A stretch of 64,000 bases of DNA from Lama glama (Eukaryota). Below are positions 23,966-37,200 of the stretch, piece by piece. A model generated the notes under the pieces. The model ran no database searches and was not told where the DNA came from. It was given only the letters and a program-made list of their open reading frames with translations. The stretch is from positions 89,468,001 to 89,532,000 of the forward strand of contig CM052817.1 in assembly GCA_028534125.1 (NCBI GenBank), written 5' to 3'. The position numbers were made by a program, and so were the translations under genes. Every line of letters begins with the position of its first letter. The stretch's first letter is position 1.

Positions 23966-26024
23966 TAGTGGCTTAAATAAGATTATTTTTCTCATGTAAC
24001 AAGAAACTGGGATAAAGGAATATAAAGGATCAATAATGTTCAAATTGATATATCTCATTTGGGAGAGAGTTTCTCCCATTACTGGAAGACAGCTCTTGCA
24101 TCTTACTATCACATTCATGTTTATGTTAGAAGAGGGTGGGAGGAAGAGGGAAGGAAAGCATGAGTTAAACTTCAGAGTATAATTCAATAACCAGACCTCT
24201 TCCATAGAATCATGCTAAATGCAAGAGAGAGGAATCAAGACTCGAGCTTGCATAGCCTGAATTTTAGAGATGAAAAAGAGAGAATGGTTTTAGGTTTGAA
24301 TATTTGGTGAGCCAGTTGACAGTTTACGTCAGAATTTCAGTATCTTACTATAGGAAAATTTTATATTTTACTAATTATTAAATTATAAGGAAAATGTGCC
24401 TTCTGTATTTTCCTACTTGAAAAAGAAATATTTCTTACTAAATGAAATGATTTCATCAACCATCTTTGTGAGAAGTACTTGAATAAATGTGATTTCTTTT
24501 CTTCTCAGAAGAGCAGAGAATTTATGACTGCAATTTCCATATTTACACCCTTATCCTATACAGAGTTCCATTAGTCCTATGTAATCCCCCATTATTTGTT
24601 TTCCTCTTGGGACAATGAGCAGAGATTTAAGAACGAACCTAAAGAATTAGGTTCTGTAGCTTTCAGCTGTCAGTGAATTAGAGCTATAGCCTTTCTGGTT
24701 TCAACCTTCATGGTATGGTAACTAGAGGGCTGTCAATCAACTTTCCCTGCATATATTTTCAGACAGAGTGGAGCAGAGCAAATGCACATTGGAAATGAAT
24801 TTTGAACAGTTCAGCAGAAGAGAGGTTTTCTCTCACAAGAACAAGGCATTCAGTGGGAGTTAAGGTCAGAACTGACATACTTCTGTCAAAATGCTCCCAG
24901 ATTTACACTGTGGAGCCCTACAGTCATCTTTGGAATCCCCTGCCTGTCCTTGTCTGAACAGGGATCCCAGCGGTTTTGACCCTTAGGGCACTAAACAAAC
25001 ATTTCTTTCAAGTTGGCTTAGTTTAAGACATAAAGACCACTGTACAACACTGTGTATCTTTTTTTAATGTGGATATTTGGTAAGTGATCTTTATTATTTG
25101 AATATTTCAAGGAATGTTGTATTTTATTCTGTACATATTATGAGTCATTATAGAATAGGATAATGTTTTAAACACAAAATTAATAATAATCAGTATTTTT
25201 CTGACTCAAAAGCAATTTTTCCACTACAGTTAAATGATTCATCCTACAACTTCAGCACAATCTGGGTCAAATTTATACACTGGCAAAGTTCTATTTATTT
25301 TTATGTTAATTTGGGGTTGTAGCAAAGACTTACTTTGGTTTATTTCCAAGAAAGACAAGATCAACTTCCAGCTTGAGAATACGACAATGGGGAAGCATGT
25401 TGAAAGATTCTTACTTTAAAATCAAAATTTTAAAAAGATTGTATGTACATACTCTGAACCTAAGTCAAAATGTTACATATTATCTTTGAGAGTAAGACTT
25501 TAATTGGATGGCTCTCTGGAATGGAAAAGGAATCTATTGTAATCTTACAGCCCTCAAATGAAAATATTAATACATTTTTCTAATAATAGATCAAAGTCCC
25601 AAGTTTTTAGAACTCAATCATAATTTATCTGTCAAAATTATACATCTGCTAAAAATCCTTTCAGTATTTTCTATCACATTAGTGAAGTCCAGAGCTTTCA
25701 TTAAATGCATAAAAGCTTTCATCATAAAGTGTATATTCCAACTTTACTTTTAAAGCAAAAAAAAAAAAAAGCTTTACCTTTCTTACTCCCCATTCCTCTA
25801 TCACAGTGGAGCATGTAACAGTCCCCTTTTGGGCCATAAAAGATTTGTTAGATCTCTAGTACAAGAAAGAAATTAAAGTACAAAAATGTGTATGTTGATC
25901 TCCACTTTCTTTTCACTGTGCTTACTAGTCCTTGGTTTTAATTTTTATAGTAATATACATATATAACTCTTTGAAGGATAGACTCATGTTTGAATTATAG
26001 TTCTATATACTGGGTCTCTAAATA

Positions 26025-26135
26025 TGAAAACGAATATGTGTATGTACATGCAAGACTGGGACACTGTGCTGTACACCAGAAACTGATACATTACAATTGA
26101 CTGTACTTCAATAAAAAAATAATAAAATAAAATAA
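26025..26135 (+). mobile_element. Short L1 3' end (second subfamily)
   Basis: CTGTGCTGTACACCAGAAACTGA..AC followed by AATAAA and an A-rich tail. Confidence 0.7.
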
Positions 26136-28249
26136 ATTGTACCTACATATCGGGTTTCTGAAGTATACCTCATGTAGAAGAGGTATTTAATAAAATTTTC
26201 CTTGAAAATTGAGGCAAGGAAGAGGCACAGAATAATTATTACAGCTCCATGTTCCCTTTTTCTGTCTGCACTCACCCTCGTACTCTCTGTACTATATACT
26301 CTATACTGATTAATAATGTCATCTGTTATGAATTATAGTCTTTTCAGTCCTTCCTGGACAAAACATGATTCAGATTTCCATGGGTGCCTTCATATTATTT
26401 TGTAAACCTATATAACCACTGCAAAAATATACTTTGTATTTGTCTATCTTTTACTTTTAGTTTAAAAAAACAAACTAATTGTAAAACTTGATAAAGGGTA
26501 ATACAATCCTCTGTCTTAAATAAATTAAATGGTTTTCATTAAATTGGCACATTTGTGCTAATAAAAGCTCTTATGTCATCATGGTTTTAGTCTGTTTACC
26601 TCAGACTACATTTAAGGTATTTTTCTTTAGCTCCTAAGGGAACCATATACAAGTGTCATGGATTTAATTTGCACATGTCTGATAGAGTTGAGTGAGACTG
26701 ATTTTTAAAAGCTACAAATTTAAATATTTAAAGTAACTGTTAAGAGTAACTAAACCCATTTAATAGTAACAAAAAAATACTGCTGAAGAGCTCTATTATT
26801 GATTCGAATCTAGAAAATGATCCAAATCACTTTCTATCAGTTATCCAAAATATTGTTCTTTTCTCTTTCATGTCAAAATGAAATAAAATATAATTCAGAA
26901 ACATTTCTTCAGGAAAAAAGTCATTGGACAAATGACCACTTAAATACTTGGTTTCTGGGAACATTAAGGTCATGTCTGCACTAGAAATGTGAAGACATAA
27001 ATGAGACAAATTTCTAAGATGAAGTAAAGCTGAAAGCTCTTTTGCCAGGGTAGGCCAGCTGCCTAGCTAAATTATAAAACCATAATGTGCATGACTTTAT
27101 CCACCAATAAAATGGGAATTATACTACAAGCGAATTCTGTCAGAGGATGTTATAGAGATAATGAGATAATGTCTTTTAAGTGCTTTCGGTGTCTCGGATG
27201 AAAGAAGATAACTTTTCCATCCTCAGTAAAGAGGAGACCCATGATTGCTAACATTTCACACTGCTAAATGTACCTTCTTTAGGAAAGTGATGCTATTAAA
27301 ATAATGATACATAAAGCTCCTCTACTAACCTACTGTAAAGCTTTATTCATCAATAATGAAGGCATGGATTTGTGGCTGAAGTTCATGAGCTTCTCTAAAA
27401 ATATATCAACTATTTTCTCTAAGATTAACAGCCAAATTCAAGGGCTTTTACTTCAAGGCTGGCTGTAGACATGAAGCATTCTAAAGCATAACAAATTTTC
27501 TATCAGTAAGAAGTTCCTCCAGTTAGTACACAAATGTGAATAATGAAAGTCCTCCTCCTCCATGTTAACTAAAACAAGATCTAGTGTATGTGACCTCAAT
27601 GCTCTTTTAAATTGTCATGTCCTTCCACTGTCCAACAGAACTTATTACACATAACTTACTCAACCAGTCTGTCCTCTGAGTGACCACAGTACAGCGATAT
27701 AATTAATTTTAATTGATTCAATCAACGTGAAATCATATCACTATGGTATTAAACTGGGCTATGGCCCTCTGTCCAACTGCCATGCTTTGCTTTAAACTTG
27801 ATAAATAACCAATTAGCCATATGGTCAGTGAGAGGTCTTGGAGGGGGTTTCCTTTTCTTTTTCCTTTCCTTTGGCCTCAGTTGTCTATAAAGTTGGTGCA
27901 GTTTGTGGAACTTTACATTTCCAGAATGTAATGTAATTTATACATATGGAGAAATTAAATGCCTAAGAAATTAATAAATTCCTGTAGCAATTATGATAAA
28001 AATTAAATTTCCAAAGGAATACATTGTAAATAGTAATAATAAACATCTTAGAACCTGTGAATGATGAAGCAGGCAATTTCTTGGTAGATTACAAATTGTT
28101 CTTGAAAATTTCATTCAAATAAAAAGAAATCACTATTTTTAGTAATAAATTTTGTCTCAGCCATAAAATATTGATGGCCATGTAAATGTTTAACGTTTTC
28201 AATTTGGTATTTCTCTAATTATAAAATATGTAATTATTTTCCTTTTGCA

Positions 28250-28625
28250 GTGATTGCCTTAGGTGGGTCCTTGTGCCCCAATTCCAGCCAGTGAGAAGTT
28301 AGAAGCCTTCTGGTAATGGAAAGATTAAGTAGGTCATAATGAGGACTTAACGAAAAGATGATCCTTCTTGTCTCCAGACATTGATGTGTAAGAATGTGAT
28401 GCCTGGAATTTCTGCAACCATTTTTCAGCCAAAAAGAAGAGAGTCAATATACTGAGGATAAATGAAAAGGAAAAAATGGAAAGAACTTGCACTCCTGATA
28501 AAGATAATGAATTCACCAAAGTCAAAATGATTTTATCTCTACACTTTGTAATAAATTATCTTAATGTTTATGTCATTTGAGTTTAGATTTCTAGTATTTG
28601 CAGCCCAAAACAGCTTAATTTATCA
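28250..28625 (+). mobile_element. Old MaLR (MLT1J/K-like) LTR
   Basis: GTGATGCCTGGAA...GCAACCATTTT core and TTTGCAGCCCAAAAC.. 3' end. Confidence 0.55.
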
Positions 28626-31399
28626 GATACCTTAGTGAGAACCATATCCATGAGGACTTGAGGTACTGATCCACAAATTCTGACTTTGCTGACAGGGTTA
28701 GCAGCCATAGCCCTGGGATCCTCATGATTGTGTAGCTGGGTTAGAGTTCATCTTCCTGGTAATGCCATGGCTTTTAGTCTGGCAAACCCCAATGGCAAGA
28801 GGAACAGCATCAGGTGACATTAAGCGATCAAGGAATTTCATTTAGTAGTCCATTCACTCATTCTTTCCCCTTGTACTGAGTTTAACACAAAGCAATTGTC
28901 TCCATTTCGATAGACTGGATTTTCTTCTTTGAAGCACCACAGTACTTTGTTCAGGCAAGCTTAACTCTGGTGGCAGTAACAGGTAGGAGGCAGAATGTAT
29001 ATGAAGAAACCTATATTAACTTAAAAGTTTGGGAATCCAAGATCCCCGAGGGCTTAAAATCAATAAGAACCTAGTATTTTGTGGAAACATGCCCTTTTAT
29101 TGTAATCCCAAGCTAATGAGTCCTCGGCAAGCTTTTCAAAATTAAACTTGCCTGATGGCAGTGTTGGAATTTAAACCCAAGTACTCTGTCTCTCAGTCAT
29201 TAAAAGCAGTAAGGTTAAGTCCATATTTTTAATCATTAAGCTACACAGCCTTTAACAGAGAGTACAATAGATTAAAAAACAGACAGATGTACAAGACAAG
29301 TGGTGTCCCAAAGGAGCAGCAACAAATCTGGCACTGAGTCTGTTTTGTATGAGGTTAATGGCAGAGTGGTTCATTGCATGTTTGCTAGATAGGGCTTAAA
29401 ATGAATCTTTGAAGTCTAACTAAGAACTGTACAAGCGGTCTTCCACGAAAAGAACATTCCAGTAGTTGGAAGAGCATGCACAAAGAAAATAAGTGAACTT
29501 AATTCAGGAAATTGTCTATTCTTTAATTTCTCTGATTCCAAGTGATGTCAGTAGATGAACGATAATTCATCTTACTTACACGAGGAAGAAAAACAATCCC
29601 CCAAGGACTGATTAAGTAACCTCTTTGTGTGTATTGACATTATACCCTATTGCATACCTAATTTATCACTTAACTTCATAATACCACTGATGTCTGTTTA
29701 CATGTGTGTTTCACACTGGTCTTTAATTTCTGTTAAGACATAATATGTCTGCCTTGTTTACAGTCGTGTTTTTCAGTAGAGTGTCTGGCTTATAACAATT
29801 CCATTGATAAGTTATACAATATACAATATATACATAGTTATAACAGATAATGTTTTTCCAGACCCTTTTTACCTCATTCTAACAGCCTTCCTCCAACTCC
29901 TCTTCATAGGCAAAAAAGATACAGTGGAAGACTTGAAACAGAAATCTAATGTCCACTGTCATAGAAGTATTGAAAGGATGACTCACATGGAAACAGAAGG
30001 ATGAAACTCTGGATATATTCTGAAATTGAATTCTTTCACTTTCACTTGTTTTTAAACTTAACACTGTGCTCCAACAGAATGAAATATTTAAATATTGATA
30101 ATTAAGATCATTATAAATATTTATTGTTGCTTTATAAAAAAACGATGTTAATGAGGAACCATCCTTGAAAAACTAAGGAAAGGTTTCAGTATTATTAACT
30201 AGACAATGAGAGGAATATTATGATACCAGTGTCTGGGCGATTACATGTGTTTATTCTATGATTGGGCCTACTTGACCAACAGACCTAGAGACATAGATTT
30301 TGGTTAGTAGTAATGCTGGCACTTTGATATATATTTTAATAACTCCAATGTCTATTGGTTCTTTAGTTCTAAACTTAGACTGAGAACAGTGGCATTAATT
30401 TAAAGACTAAAAATTGGCAGGAAGTAAATAAAAAAAGGTAACTTTGGTTACATAGGTTTATGAATGACATATAAAGAATTGTGAACTTTATGTTAAGATC
30501 AGGCAATCCACTGAGTGTTTCTGACCAGTTCTCTGTTCCTAAAAGGAAATATGGGGAGCCATTAGTAATATCTATTGATTATGTGTGGGACGGCATCCAA
30601 GAGGAACTGGAGTATTGAAACAAACAACTGTCTGACTCTGCCTAAGCCCCTGAGTTTATAAATACTCACATCTCAGTACAAACTGTGTTAGCTTTCAATG
30701 ACTTAAAAGGAGTAAATTGAAATGAATTTGAAACAACTCAGTATAGGGTTCATTAAAGTTGTCAAGAAACTTTTGGAAGTATTTAGCTTCCTTTTCTTGC
30801 TTCATTGTCCTTTCACTATGTTTTTCTTTATAAAAACTTTAAAGAAAAAGTTTTTCTTTAAAAAAAACTTCTTTATAAAGTTTTCTTTATAAAAAGCACC
30901 CTCTTGAAGCTAATTTATAACTGAGACTTTGGCTTTTACTTTTACTATATCAAAGATTTCATGCCTTAGCTCAGGTCATGTATTTTATTCTTAGTATTCA
31001 GGAGTCTGGGGACTTTACTAATAACATCATTGACTTAGAGGGAGATCTTCAATGAATGGATACTTGACACTCAAGCACCATTTTCATAGACTTATCAATT
31101 TATGTTCAACTTCAGTCTACTTTTTGTTAGCATTCATTTCCTTTGCACTTTTCAAAGCATCTTCCAGATATCCGAAAAATTTCAGTTTGGTTTTGTGAGA
31201 AAGTAACACTGTTTTAAGTAACCCTGAATGTTAATTACACAAGGAAACCAATCCCACTAACCATAATCATTAATAGTCAATGTGTTGCAGATGTTAATAT
31301 TAAATTCTCACTTTGCTTTGAAATTCTTTCTGCCTCTTTAAAACGTAGCCAGTTTTGCTTAGATAAAATAATCTTAAAACACCAGCTTTCCTTCATATA

Positions 31400-34250
31400 T
31401 ATTTTTATTCATAAAATATTCTTCCTGTTTTATGTAGTGGTGGGTTCAATTTTCTAATATTTTCTTAAGTATTTTTGTATCTAGGCTTATGAGGAGGACT
31501 TTTGATCAGTAATATTCTTTTCTTATGGCATTTCTAACAAGTTTTAGAATGAGAAACCATGTTACTTAGGAAAATCATTTGGGGAACATTATCTCCTTTC
31601 TATTTTCCTGAAAGATTATGTGTAAGTTTGACATCATTTTTTCTTAAACATTATATGTAATATTTATATTTAAAAAAACCTGGAAGTTTCTTTGTTGCAA
31701 ATAGTTAATAGCAAAATGAATTTTTGTATCAATTTTGATAACTGTTTTTTTTAAATTTTTCTCAGTTCACCTAAAATATGGAGTTTATTAGTATAAAGTT
31801 ATTGTAATTTCTTATTATTACTCTGATATCTGTAGGTTCTAAGTATCATAACTTCTTCCATTTCTGATATCACTAATTTATCCTTTATCTTTTCTTGATC
31901 CATTTTGTTACATGTGTTTTGAATTTAATATTTTTAAAGCATCAACTTTTGGTTTTGTTAAATTTGTGCATTATTCTTCTGATAAGATTGATTTCTTTTC
32001 TTTTATTATTAATCTCCATTAACTTCCTTTATGTTTACTCTTTTTTTCTAGCTTTCTAAGAAAGAAGTTTTAGATCAATGTTGTAAAACTTTGGTTTTGG
32101 GTGTCAGCATTTGATGCTAAAATTTTCCCTATGAGCATTGGTTTATCTGTACTTTTTAATTTCTGACTATTCGGTGATTTTCTAGATAAAATATTATCAA
32201 TTCTGATTTAATTCCAATGTGATCAGAAAATACATTCTCTAACATTTTATTCTTTTGAAATGTACTGTGACCTTTTTATGGTCCAGTATATAGTTTATCT
32301 TTGTGAATATTTTATGTGCATTTGGTAAAATATGTATCCTGTGACTGCTGGGCATAATATTGTATAAATTTCACTTATGTTGTGATAGTTGATTGTTCTG
32401 TTCAAATCTTCTGAATCCTGTGTTAATTGCTGAGAGAGATGTGTTAAAATCCCCAACTATTGTTACCAGTCTGTTGATCCTTCAGTTTTGTCAGTTTTTT
32501 GCTTCATGTATTTTGAAAATCTATTAGGTCCATATACACATAACTGTTTAACCTTACTGATTAGTCAATCTTATTAACATTGGATATTTCCTTCTTTATT
32601 TCTGGTAACAATCTTTGTATTGAAGTCTGCACAGTCTGGTAGAATATAGTCACCCAAACTTGTTTTCCTTCATTTTACCTGGAATATTTCTATGTCTTTG
32701 TATCTAAAGTGTATATCTGATAGACAACATATGGTTGGGCTTTTTTTTTTTTAATCCACACTGGCAAATCTACTCTTTAATTGTAATGCTTGGTCTAGTT
32801 AATAGAATTACTGATATGGTTGAACTGAGGTTCCCATTTACTATTTGTTTTTCTTTGTCCTATGAGTTTTTTCCCCTCCATTCAATACTCCTGTATTTTA
32901 TTAGGTTAATTAAATAGCTTTTAGTGATTGAAACATGGGATTTCAATATACAGCTCTAACTCATCATGATCTACTCAGAGTTAATATTGTAGTACTTTGG
33001 GCAGAATATATAAACCTTATAACAGTATCATTTCAATTAACTCCTCATTCTTTGTGCTGTTTTATAAACTACATTTGTGTAATAATTTTAATTTTCAACA
33101 GTCATATGTCTTTTTACAAAATTAGAACTATATCTCCCACATATTTATTACTTCTTGTGCTCTTTATTTCTAAATGTAGATCTAAGTTTCTGTCTAATGT
33201 TACCTCACTTTAATTCAAAGAACATCTTTTAGCATTTTTGTAGTGCAAGTCTCCTGGAAAATAGTTTTCTCAGTTTTCTTTTATCTGAGAATGTCTTTAT
33301 TTCAACTTCAATTTAAAGACTAGAGTTGCTAAATATAGAGTGTTGTATTGATATTTTTGTTTCCTTTCAGTACCTTGAAGATTTTGCTCCATTTTTTTTC
33401 TGTCCTCTAATTTTTTTTCTTATAAAGGATCAGTCTCATTCTTATTATTTCCCTGAATGTACTATTTCAGTTTTCTTTGGCTCCTTTATCTTTGCATTTT
33501 ATCAGTTGTGCTATGTGAAATGTTTAAGTTTGGTTTTCTTTGTATTTATCTTGTTTGGCATTCAGTTTGTTCCTTCAAACTGTAGATAGAAACTTACACA
33601 AAATTTGGAAATTTTTTACTATTTTTTTCAGATACCTTTTTATTTTATTCTCTCTCTTCATCTTCTGGGCTGCCAAATTACATAAACATTAGACCCCTTA
33701 AATTTGTTCCATTGATTACTGAGTCTCTGTTGTTGAAATTTGATCAATTCTACTGATATCTCTTAAAGTTCACTGACTTGTTCTTCTACAATCTAAACAC
33801 TAGTGTCAAGCCCATTCAGTGAATTATTCCTTTCACTGATTACACTGTTTATTCTGGAATTTCCATGTTTTTTAGTTTTATATTTGTCAATTCTCTGCAG
33901 AGAGACAATATATTTCATTTCATTATGATTATATTTTCCTTCAAATTCCTGAACATATTTAAAATAGCTCCTTTAAAGCTCTTTTCTGCTTCTTCCAACA
34001 TCTGGGTCAGCTGAGGCTCTGTTTCTGTTGAACAACTCTTGATTGTTTTCATGAGTATGAGTTATGTTTTTCTATTCCTTGTTACGTCTGATGACTTTTT
34101 GCCTTTTAATAGGCATTTTGAATAGTATATTGTAGCCTCCCCAAGTTTAGTTACATTGCCTTGAAGATGGTTGATTTTTGTTCTAGGAGGCTATGAACTT
34201 ATTTCTATAACAGACTCCAAACTGTTTTCTCTGGAGTGGAATACAGCAGA
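31400..34250 (-). mobile_element. Old antisense LINE-1 (ORF1 / ORF2 5' region), heavily decayed
   Basis: Long T-rich stretch with reverse-L1 motifs (TTAATTCCA.TGTGATCAGA, TTAAAATCCCCAACTAT, CTTCATGTATTTTGA, TCTGAGAATGTCTTTATTTC). Confidence 0.8.
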
Positions 34251-37200
34251 AGTCTTCAGTCAGTTCTGTCAGGTTATAGTTGCCGGGTTTACAGGAACAC
34301 TGCAGTCTCTTTGCCACGGTATAATTCAGTGATCGGGCAATGACTTGGGCAAAATTTACAAAGAAATTTTAGAGTGCAACCCCTTTAATGTCTCCCTTTT
34401 GTCTGGACTTCTGCTTCAGTTTTTATTTTTGTTTTTATGGTCAGTTATCTTTGAGTTGTGTATTCTGACATCTCAAGTAGTTGACACTGCTTACTTTGCT
34501 GTGCCTAGGAGCTTAAGGAATACCCTTAGCCAAGTAAGTTACAAGCAGTTGGAGCCAGTTCATTTCCATTCTTTCAAGCATCTAGTTTCCTCTATTTTTG
34601 CCTACTTTTAGACAGGCCCATTGACATTAAAACATCGATTTTAAAATATTTTGTCATTTAATTATACTTGTTACATGTGGGAAGTAAGATTGAGATATTT
34701 CACATCACCAGAGAATCTTTATTAGTTTAAGTCAAAAATACTTCTTACCGATAAAAGTATAATGAGCAGTAAAAATAAAGCATTTATCAATGCTTCTATA
34801 TTAATCATTTGGAATGTACCTATTTTAACATGACATTCAAGGATCCTCGTTTAGAGAAAGATATAGAAGTACAGGGGATTTGTGTAAAAGTTGTGTAAAA
34901 ATGGTGAATTTGGGAAGGAGGAATTTTGAAGAAAATAGGAAGAAAAAAAGACCTTTTAAACAACATAGAATTTATGAATCAGTTAGCTGAAAGTATTTTC
35001 TGCCCCTGTATGAAATAAGAGTGAAATTGTCTGAGCTAAAACTATTTATCCTCTCTGATATCAAGAAGCATAGATCAATTATAAATTACCCCAATAATCC
35101 AGGTAACAGGTCTTTGCAATGGGATCTCTGACTATCCCAAAACCTTCTAGTAGGATCCGACCTCGTCCTTAACACTTTTCTCCTGATAAACAACCATTAT
35201 GATCCAAGCATTTCCAAGCGCTTAGACCAATTACTTCCACTGGTTGAGAATTCATGAAACTCAAACAATTGTGAAGCAGTGTAAAAGTCCTTTGATTTTC
35301 AGGCTATAGGACAGGAAAGAGAAGGAAAATGGATAGAGTGCTTTGTGAGTTTATTGAGTCACTCTAGTAGAAATGCTTCTGCCTCAGGCCAGTATTGAGT
35401 GTGTGCAAAGTGGCCCACAGGGGTGGGGATGATGAGCACTCAGACATAACAGGAGCCATACTGGCACACCAGAGCCAAGAATAAAGTTCTCAACATCTAT
35501 CAAGAGACCACTATTGAAGAAGGTTATTCATTGTCTTAGAATTTATCATTACAAAATTCAAGATAAATAGATATCAAGGGAAAACAGAAGAACTTTTCAC
35601 CTAAGCTTATAAGCTGGACAGTCAGAAGAAAATATCAGCACTCTTTTTAGTTTCTTCAGACTACACAGGAGGAAAAAGGAGTTTGATCATCTGAGACCTA
35701 TAGAGATAGAGTTTTATATATATCTCATTAAAATAATTTCACTGAAAATAGTTCTTAAAATCACTTTTTCCTCCATCAAAGTAAAAAATGACTTTGACTT
35801 AACATTATTAAAAATAACTGAAAACAAGATATAGCTATGTAATTTCAAAGGAAACTCTTTGACTAAAAAGCATATATTAAATAAATGTGCTCATCAATCA
35901 TAATTTGTCACAGAACACCCTTATAATTTTTTAAATAATATAAAATGTTGATTTTGTCAGCATTTTTGATGCAATATAAATTCCATAAAACTGCTGCCCC
36001 AAAACATAATCAACTGCATCCCAAGTGATGTCAGATATTTATAATTTTCCTTGATGCAGTCTGTAAATGTTTACATTTGTGTAGCCATATTAAATACAGT
36101 TACTTTCTGGCAGAATGCAATTTTTGACTAGGCAATCATGTTTATCAAGCAGATTCATTGTATATTACTTGTACCTTAAAGAAGCATTTTCTGTTTCCAA
36201 CAAACTCAGCACTCTGATAGCAATGCTTAGTTCTGACACCTGGTTAAAAATAACTCTGTGAGGAGAAATGAAGATTTTTTTCTTTATTTTTGCAAAATAA
36301 GTGATATAAAAGCAACATTACATGAATGCTGACACCATAATTTTTAATGTTCCTCAATTCTCCTCTTAAAATTCTGTTCTTTGGAGTATGAATAGACATT
36401 TCAAGAAACATCATTAACATTTCTTTTGAGTAAATGCTTTAGTTTCCATCTGATATCTATGTCAATTGATTGTTTAAATAAATTAAGAAATCAATTATTT
36501 TATTTCTGTTTTAATAAAATTATGTCATATAAAATGAATCAAGTACAAAATATACATAATATTTAAAAATAGTTATATACTAAAATGAAATTGAAATAGA
36601 AATATGTACAAGTGAAATTAAAGGTCAAAGTTGAAAAGTAATGATGAGAAATCATGAAGGTATAACTCTGCAAATGTAAGTTTTCCTTCTCTGAAAATTG
36701 AAAGAAGAGGGATGAAGAAGTGGGAAGAAATGAAGTAACAATTGATCTTCTCCCCCATGAATAATCAAGGGCCTAAATTTGACCCATATACTCAATCTAT
36801 TTATTAGTGGGAACAAATACACTGTTATCTTAAGTCTCCTGCTATCTTCAAAAAAGAGTGAACTAAGAATTTTCAATCCCTACTATGAGTCAGGCAGTTC
36901 ACCCAGAAATTTCCATATAATATCTCCTTTAATAAATTTAATAGTGTTGTAACAATCCTTTTCGACTAACAAAGATAACAGTCTTAGTAATAATATATTG
37001 TTCTCTGCAAGGTGGAAGCAATATATAGGGGTCGTGGTACTTTGATTCTACCTGCAAATTTAATACTTGCCAAATTTAATGTTTGCCTAAAGATAGAACT
37101 TACTTCTACAGGCAGTGAATTCTGAAACTATATTTGGAAAGCTGTAATCTAAATAGTTAATTGTAAGTCACTCTAAGTTCTGTGCCTTCTTGGCTTCCTA

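Noticed and set aside
28250..28312. + strand exon with ttttgcag and gtaatg
   Set aside because: Lies at the edge of an MLT1 LTR and cannot be linked to any other supported exon.
32735..33589. Hydrophobic ORFs resembling membrane proteins
   Set aside because: Antisense L1 T-richness generates F/L/I-rich frames.
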